The notes under the pieces are model-generated. The model saw only the letters and a list, made by a program, of their open reading frames with translations, ran no database searches and was not told where the DNA came from. From assembly GCA_963828255.1 (NCBI GenBank), contig CAWHDZ010000002.1, positions 1-23,906 on the forward strand: DNA of 23,906 bases, given 5' to 3'. Shown here in pieces: positions 18,655 to 23,906 of this stretch (positions within the stretch are counted from its first letter, which is position 1; each line of letters opens with the position of its first letter). Origin of the DNA: an uncultured delta proteobacterium. Its GTDB lineage: Bacteria; Myxococcota; Myxococcia; Myxococcales; Anaeromyxobacteraceae. The position numbers and the translations under genes were made by a program.

Positions 18655-18924
18655 CTACTTCGCCGCCCCGGGTGCGGGCGAGGGGTCTGCGCGCTGGCGG
18701 CGCTGCAGGGTGAAGCCCAGGTAGGCGTCGACGCCGATCCAGGCCACGGCGAGCCAGGAGGCCACGATGAGGGTCTTCAACGCGCGGAGCACGTCCCCGG
18801 TGGCGAGCAGCACCCCGTCGCGCGGGAAGAAGACCAGGTCGAGGTACTTCCAGGGCATCGCGTAGAGCGTGTAGACGAGCAGCAGCGCGAACACCACGAT
18901 GCGTACGACGGCGAGGGTTCTCAT
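18655..18924 (-). CDS. Small two-helix membrane protein (89 aa)
   Basis: SD GGGAGG before MRTLAVV; two hydrophobic stretches; 16 bp upstream of the deacetylase on the same strand. Confidence 0.7.
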   Translation of the reverse strand: MRTLAVVRIVVFALLLVYTLYAMPWKYLDLVFFPRDGVLLATGDVLRALKTLIVASWLAVAWIGVDAYLGFTLQRRQRADPSPAPGAAK

Positions 18925-18944
18925 CCGCTTCCTCCCTGCCTTTG

Positions 18945-18976
18945 ACCTTAGCACGCGACGTCGCGGGCGCTATGCT
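18945..18976. promoter_or_regulatory. Back-to-back divergent promoters around a 12-bp palindrome
   Basis: Minus-strand TGc-TAAGGT (18945-18953), plus-strand TATGCT (18971-18976), and CGCGACGTCGCG at 18954-18965. Confidence 0.45.
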
Positions 18977-19001
18977 CGCGGCGGCGGCCCAGGGAGGTCT
19001 G

Positions 19002-19865
19002 GTGACGGAGATCGGAGAGCTGACGGAGGCGTGCGCGGAGGCGGCCCGGCGAGGCGGCGCGGTGCTGCGCGAGAAGTGGGGGACGCGGCGCACCATCGAT
19101 TACAAGGGTGGCATCGACCTCGTCACCGACGCAGACCGGGCCAGCGAGGAGGTGCTCCTCGAGTTCCTGGTGGGGCGCTTCCCGGGGAGCGCCGTCCTCG
19201 CCGAGGAGTCGGGGGCGCGGGCGGCGCGGGCCGGTGTGGCGGGAGACGGGCTGTGCTGGTTCGTCGATCCTCTCGACGGCACCACCAACTACGCGCACGG
19301 GGTGCCCCACTTCGCCGTGAACGTGGCGGTGTCCGACGGAGCGGGGATCGCGGCGGGGGCGACGCTCGACCCGCTGCGGGGGGAGCTGTACGTCGCGGGG
19401 CGCGGGGAGGGCGCGTGGCTCGGCGCGGAGCGGTTGCGGGTGTCGGAGACGACGGAGCTGAAGCGGGCGCTCCTCTGCACCGGGTTCCCCTACGACATCC
19501 AGCAGGACCCCGACCCGCTGCTCCGGCTCTTCCGGGCCTACATCCAGCGGGCGAGGGCGGTGCGGAGGTTCGGGGCGGCGGCGCTCGACCTGGCCTACGT
19601 GGCGAGCGGGCGGTTCGACGGGTTCTGGGAGGCGCGGCTGAAGGCGTGGGACGTGGCGCCGGGGATCCTGCTGGTGCGGGAGGCGGGTGGGGCGGTCGCC
19701 GATTTCACGGGAGGTGAAGACATGCTCCACGGCGGGACGATCTGCGCGGCCGGGCCGGCGCTGCAGCGTTTGCTCCTCGAGGTCCTCGCCGAGGTGCGGG
19801 GGGATCAGGGGGCGGGGGCGGGAGAGGGAACGGCCGGCTCGGGCGACGCGAAGGCGAGCCGGTAG
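19002..19865 (+). CDS. suhB: Inositol monophosphatase family protein (SuhB-like, 287 aa)
   Basis: DLVTDAD, LAEE, WFVDPLDGTTNYAHG, TGFPYD, RRFGAAALDLAYVASGRFDGFWE, WDVAPG; SD GGAGG before GTG. Confidence 0.88.
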   Translation: MTEIGELTEACAEAARRGGAVLREKWGTRRTIDYKGGIDLVTDADRASEEVLLEFLVGRFPGSAVLAEESGARAARAGVAGDGLCWFVDPLDGTTNYAHGVPHFAVNVAVSDGAGIAAGATLDPLRGELYVAGRGEGAWLGAERLRVSETTELKRALLCTGFPYDIQQDPDPLLRLFRAYIQRARAVRRFGAAALDLAYVASGRFDGFWEARLKAWDVAPGILLVREAGGAVADFTGGEDMLHGGTICAAGPALQRLLLEVLAEVRGDQGAGAGEGTAGSGDAKASR

Positions 19866-20749
19866 ACGGAGTCGGGGTCGACGTAGAGGTCGACCACCTT
19901 GATTCCGAAGTGCAGGTGCGGGCCGGTGACGCGTCCGGTCGCGCCGACCTTGCCGATCTGCTGTCCGCGACGGACCTGTTCGCGGTGCCGGACGTCGAAG
20001 TCGGAGAGGTGAAAGTAGACCGAGAAGAGGCCGGCGCCGTGGGCGATGGCGACGCTCTTTCCCGAGGCAAAACAGTCACGTACGAGCACCACGACGCCGT
20101 CGTTCGTGGCCAGGACCGGGTCGCCGACGGCCCCGGACAAATCCGTCCCGTAGTGCTGGCTCTGCTTCTTCCCGTTGAAGACCCGGCGCTCTCCGAACTG
20201 GCCGGTGACCCGCGCATCGCGTGGCGGGCCGAATGGACCGACGAAGAGGGGAGGCTCGAAGGGACGGGAGAAAGCCTCGCGGAAGGCGGCCTGGTCTTCC
20301 TCCATTCGTCGCTTCTGTTCGGGGGAGGGTGCGATGAACCTGGGCTCGACGGCGAGCTGGGTCTCGGGGAATGCGGGGTCGACGACCTCGACCGAGGCGA
20401 TGAGCGGGTCGCGGCGGCCGGCGAGGCGAACCTCGACCTTGAGGGTCCCGGGTTCGAGCTCGACCGGCAGGGCGGCGATCGCCTGGAGGCCCGCGGGGGT
20501 CGGGAAGAAGTGGAGGCGGCGGACGGGGGTGGCGCCTGGCACCGCGACGAGCACGGTGCCGGACGTGGAGGAGGCCGAAGAAGGCGAGACGTCGGTCACG
20601 GTGACCAGGAGCGCGTCGCCCGGCCGGGCGCGCCCGGGGGAGACGCGGACCGTGGGTGTCTTCGACGGACCTGGATCGGTCGGAAACGCCGGCGCCACGA
20701 GCAAGGCGACGGCGGCGACCGCGAGGATTCTGAAGTAATGTCGAGCCAT
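19805..20749 (-). CDS. Secreted M23-family metallopeptidase (start uncertain)
   Basis: HYGTDL (HxxxD), YFHLS, GATGRVTGPHLHF; signal-peptide-like MARHYFRILAVAAVALLVAPAFP. Confidence 0.9.
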   Translation of the reverse strand: MARHYFRILAVAAVALLVAPAFPTDPGPSKTPTVRVSPGRARPGDALLVTVTDVSPSSASSTSGTVLVAVPGATPVRRLHFFPTPAGLQAIAALPVELEPGTLKVEVRLAGRRDPLIASVEVVDPAFPETQLAVEPRFIAPSPEQKRRMEEDQAAFREAFSRPFEPPLFVGPFGPPRDARVTGQFGERRVFNGKKQSQHYGTDLSGAVGDPVLATNDGVVVLVRDCFASGKSVAIAHGAGLFSVYFHLSDFDVRHREQVRRGQQIGKVGATGRVTGPHLHFGIKVVDLYVDPDSVYRLAFASPEPAVPSPAPAP

Positions 20750-21866
20750 GGACGCCTTCAAGCCGCACCTTTCTGGACTGGCCGCCTACCCCTACAGGAA
20801 GGTCGAAGCGGCGATCAAGCTGGACCAGAACGAAAGCCCCTGGGACCTTCCGGAAGACCTCAAGAATCGTGCGCTGGAGCGGATGCGCCACGCACCGTGG
20901 AACCGATACCCGGACATGCACGCGGAGAGTGTCCGGGCCAGCGTCGCCCGATTCCTGGACTGGCCCGAGGAGGGGATCGTCGTCGCGCCCGGTTCGAACT
21001 TCCTCATCCTCGCGCTGGCCCAGGCGGCGAACAGGGTCCTCGACACCTCTCCATCGTTCGCATTCTACGAGGGAGCCGCGCGGGTGACCGGCACGCCGTA
21101 CACGTCGGTGCCCCTGGGGCCGGACTTCGGACTTCCGGTGGACGAGTTGGTCCGCGAGATGGACCAGGGGGCGCCGGGGGTGGTGTTCGTCGCGACGCCC
21201 CACGCTCCGACCGGCGCGGTCTTCCCGGTGCCGGACGTGGCCCGGGTGGCCGAGAAGGCCAGGGAGCGCGGGTGGATCCTGGCCGTCGACGAGGCCTACT
21301 GCCAGTTCTCCGGCACCGACCTGCGTCCGCTCGCCCGAGGGAATCCAAGCGTGGTCATCCTGAGAACTTTCTCGAAGGCTTTCGGGCTGGGAGGAGTGCG
21401 CGCCGGGTTCCTTCTCGCGGTGCCGGACGTGGCGGTGAAGCTGCAAGCGATGCTCCCGCCCTTCGACGTTCCGGTCCACACTGCCGCCGTGCTCGAGACC
21501 GTCCTCGAGGCGCCGGGCCGAGCCGCCGACATCGGGGTCCTCCTGGCCGCTGAGAGGGACCGGGTGCTCGCCGACCTCGATCGTCACCCGACATGGCGCC
21601 CTCACCCGAGCCGCGCGAACTTCTTCCTCGTCCGCACGCCGGATGCGGAGGTCGCCTGGCGGTCCCTCCTGACGCGCGGGATCCTCGTCCGGCGCCAAGA
21701 CCACCTCCCCGGACTGAACGGATGCCTGCGGGTGTCGGTAGGCACTCCGGCCCAGAACGACGCGTTCCTGAAGGCGGCCTTCGAGGCGGTGGAGGACGAC
21801 CCCGCCGGGCCCGGCCTCGGCGATACGGCCCGAAACAGGCCTGCGCCGGACCCCGAGCCTAGCTAG
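20748..21866 (+). CDS. hisC: Histidinol-phosphate aminotransferase-like PLP enzyme (372 aa)
   Basis: IKLDQNESP, WNRYPD, VDEAY, LRTFSKAFGLGGVRAG (PLP lysine), PSRANF, LRVSVGT. Confidence 0.82.
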   Translation: MDAFKPHLSGLAAYPYRKVEAAIKLDQNESPWDLPEDLKNRALERMRHAPWNRYPDMHAESVRASVARFLDWPEEGIVVAPGSNFLILALAQAANRVLDTSPSFAFYEGAARVTGTPYTSVPLGPDFGLPVDELVREMDQGAPGVVFVATPHAPTGAVFPVPDVARVAEKARERGWILAVDEAYCQFSGTDLRPLARGNPSVVILRTFSKAFGLGGVRAGFLLAVPDVAVKLQAMLPPFDVPVHTAAVLETVLEAPGRAADIGVLLAAERDRVLADLDRHPTWRPHPSRANFFLVRTPDAEVAWRSLLTRGILVRRQDHLPGLNGCLRVSVGTPAQNDAFLKAAFEAVEDDPAGPGLGDTARNRPAPDPEPS

Positions 21867-21973
21867 AGCCTCCATGTCCGGTCTTCGCCAGCGTGCAGGT
21901 CCACCGCGCGCTGGTCGATGTCCGGCACCGACGACGCACCGAGGCACCGACGACCCTGGAGGGAGCAAGCACC

Positions 21974-22399
21974 ATGGCAATTCCGTGGACCCCGGCACTC
22001 GCGATCGGCGTCCCCGAAATCGACCACCAGCACCAGGAACTGTTCCTCCGGATCGAGCGTCTCGTCCAGGGGATGTCGCGCGGCGACGCCGCGGACATCG
22101 CGCGTCTCCTAGAGTTCCTGGGGCAGTACGTCGTGAAGCACTTCGGGGCCGAGGAGCGATGGATGCTTCGAAGCGCCTATCCGGATTACGTCCGCCACAA
22201 GGCCGAGCACGAGAGATTCATTCGCGACTACGAGCAGATGACCCGGGAGTTCCGGGAAAAGGGACCGAACGTCCTGGCGGGAATCCGGATGAACAACTGG
22301 ATCGCCGAATGGCTCAAGCAACACATCAGCCGGTCCGACATGGAACTCGGCCGGTTTCTCGCCACGAAGGTGGTGAGCGGCGACCTCGACGGGCCTTGA
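21974..22399 (+). CDS. Single-domain bacteriohemerythrin (141 aa)
   Basis: W...IGVPEIDHQHQEL, HFGAEE, HKAEH, WLKQHISRSD: complete di-iron ligand set; SD GGAGGGAG. Confidence 0.95.
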   Translation: MAIPWTPALAIGVPEIDHQHQELFLRIERLVQGMSRGDAADIARLLEFLGQYVVKHFGAEERWMLRSAYPDYVRHKAEHERFIRDYEQMTREFREKGPNVLAGIRMNNWIAEWLKQHISRSDMELGRFLATKVVSGDLDGP

Positions 22400-22432
22400 C
22401 GGCCCCGGGTCGCCGCCAGACCTACGCGATGG

Positions 22433-22636
22433 TCAGGACTCGACCTTGAACCCGATGCGGACGGTCACCTGGAACTCGGAGACCTCGCCGCCCTTCACGG
22501 CGCCGCGGATCTCGGCGACCTCGAACCAGCTGACGTTTCGAACCGACTTGCTCGCGCCGGCAACCGCCGACTTGATGGCGTCAGCGACGCTCTTCGACGA
22601 AGTGCCGACGACCTCGATCTTCTTGTAGGTGGCCAA
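22433..22636 (-). CDS. Dodecin flavin-binding protein (67 aa, TTG start)
   Basis: YKKIEVVGTS, AIKSAV, WFEVAEIRG, FQVTVRIGF; SD AAGGA; hidden at the end of the spurious 449-aa ORF. Confidence 0.93.
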   Translation of the reverse strand: MATYKKIEVVGTSSKSVADAIKSAVAGASKSVRNVSWFEVAEIRGAVKGGEVSEFQVTVRIGFKVES

Positions 22637-22700
22637 GGTTCGCTTCCTTTCGTGCTGCCTTGAGGGGTGGGAGGGAAGAAGATAGGACAGCTGGATTCTA

Positions 22701-22747
22701 ACGTCCCGGCCCACGTCCGGCACCACGTCGGGCACCACGTCGGCACC
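22701..22747. repeat. Four imperfect 11-12 bp direct repeats in a divergent intergenic region
   Basis: ACGTCCCGGCCC / ACGTCCGGCACC / ACGTCGGGCACC / ACGTCGGCACC. Confidence 0.8.
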
Positions 22748-22861
22748 GGGTCCGCTCGCCGGACGCACGCTGGACGAGGCGCGCCACTTGACTCGCCGCG
22801 CCTGCGGCCGGTAGGTAGGCGTGGGGGGGACCCGGTTTTTCCCGAGGGACCACGAGGGCAA

Positions 22862-23906
22862 ATGGCTGATCTCTTTGACAAGTGTGCCGCCTGGAAGGAC
22901 GCGCAGGTACTCAAGCTTGCGGGTCACTACCCGTACTACCGGGTCATCCAGGAGACGAACGGCACGGAGGTGGTGGTCGACGGCAAGCGCCTCATCATGG
23001 CTTGCTCGAACAACTACCTGGGGCTGGCCAACGACCCGCGCGTGATGGAGGCGGCCGCCGAGGCCGCTCGCCGCTGGGGCGCATCGACGTGCGGCTCGCG
23101 CGTCCTGAACGGGTCGATGACCCTTCACGACGAACTCGACCATCGACTCGCGGAATTCCTGGGGAAGGAAGCCGCGGTGGTCTTTTCCACGGGCTTCGGG
23201 ACCAACCTGGGGACCATCTCGTCTCTCGTCCTCCGGCACGACATGATCTTCGCGGACCGGATGGTCCACGCCTCCCTCGTCGAAGGCATGCAGGCTGCCT
23301 ACGGCGAAACGAAGCGCTTCCGGCACAACAACATGGAGGACCTGGAGCGGCTCCTCGCCAACGCCGAGCCGAACGCCGGGAAGCTCATCGTCGTCGACGG
23401 CGTCTACTCCATGGAGGGGGACCTCGCGAACCTGCCTGCCATCGCCGAGCTGAAGCGGAAGTACGGCGCACGGCTCATGGTCGACGAGGCGCACGGGTTC
23501 GGCGTCATGGGCCCGGGCGGCAAGGGCACCGGCGAGCATTTCGGGGTCCACGACGACGTGGACCTCATCATGACGACCTTCTCCAAGTCGCTCGCCTCGA
23601 TCGGCGGCGTCATCGCGGGGCCTGCCGACGTCATCAACTGGATCAAGCACAAGGCCCGGGCGCTGGTCTTCAGCGCGTCCATGACCCCGTCCTCGGCGGC
23701 AGCGGCCCTGAAGGCCCTCGAGATCATCCAGCAGGAGCCGGAACGTCGGGAACGGCTCTGGGACATCTCCGAGCGCGTCCACCGGGAGCTCCGAGGAATG
23801 GGATTCGACACCCAGCCGTCGGTCTCGCCCGTGGTGCCGGTGGTGATCGGAGATCAGGCCCTGACCTTCAAGTTCTGGAGGAAACTCACCGACCTGGGCC
23901 TGTTTG
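22862..23906 (+). CDS. Alpha-oxoamine synthase, serine palmitoyltransferase-like (3'-truncated by the window edge)
   Basis: Manual translation, not in the ORF track: MADLFDKC...GHYPYYR...SNNYLGL...GSRVLNG...HASL...DGVYSMEGD...DEAH...TFSKSLASIGG...IKHKARALVFSAS; open to the end of the window. Confidence 0.85.
   Translation, partial: MADLFDKCAAWKDAQVLKLAGHYPYYRVIQETNGTEVVVDGKRLIMACSNNYLGLANDPRVMEAAAEAARRWGASTCGSRVLNGSMTLHDELDHRLAEFLGKEAAVVFSTGFGTNLGTISSLVLRHDMIFADRMVHASLVEGMQAAYGETKRFRHNNMEDLERLLANAEPNAGKLIVVDGVYSMEGDLANLPAIAELKRKYGARLMVDEAHGFGVMGPGGKGTGEHFGVHDDVDLIMTTFSKSLASIGGVIAGPADVINWIKHKARALVFSASMTPSSAAAALKALEIIQQEPERRERLWDISERVHRELRGMGFDTQPSVSPVVPVVIGDQALTFKFWRKLTDLGLF

Noticed and set aside
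22637..23782. 449-aa minus-strand ORF
   Set aside because: Antisense to the SPT-like gene; only the last 67 codons (dodecin) are credible

Overview
Very GC-rich bacterial chromosome segment. Gene content and style suggest an Anaeromyxobacter-like member of Myxococcota (inference). It holds about 23 CDSs; I saw no rRNA, tRNA, CRISPR array or recognisable transposase. In order: HNH endonuclease with a duplicated N-terminal domain; fumarylacetoacetate-hydrolase-family enzyme; 61-aa protein plus universal stress protein; RarD transporter; DHOD-like flavoprotein plus Zn glucose-dehydrogenase-like enzyme; two tandem FkpA-like PPIases; acetyl-CoA synthetase; a peptidoglycan-recycling operon (S66 LD-carboxypeptidase, serine hydrolase, Mpl); a ~520-bp highly self-complementary spacer; a beta-barrel plus 12-heme lipoprotein cytochrome pair; a Zn-deacetylase fused to an unassigned, possibly GNAT-like domain; a small membrane protein; inositol monophosphatase; M23 peptidase; HisC-like aminotransferase; hemerythrin; dodecin; and a serine-palmitoyltransferase-like gene cut by the window edge and absent from the ORF track. 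Best candidates for follow-up: the two-gene porin-cytochrome electron conduit, the deacetylase/acetyltransferase-like fusion, the FKBP with a duplicated dimerisation domain, the structured spacer, and several unusual translation starts. All calls rest on motif recognition only; no searches were run.
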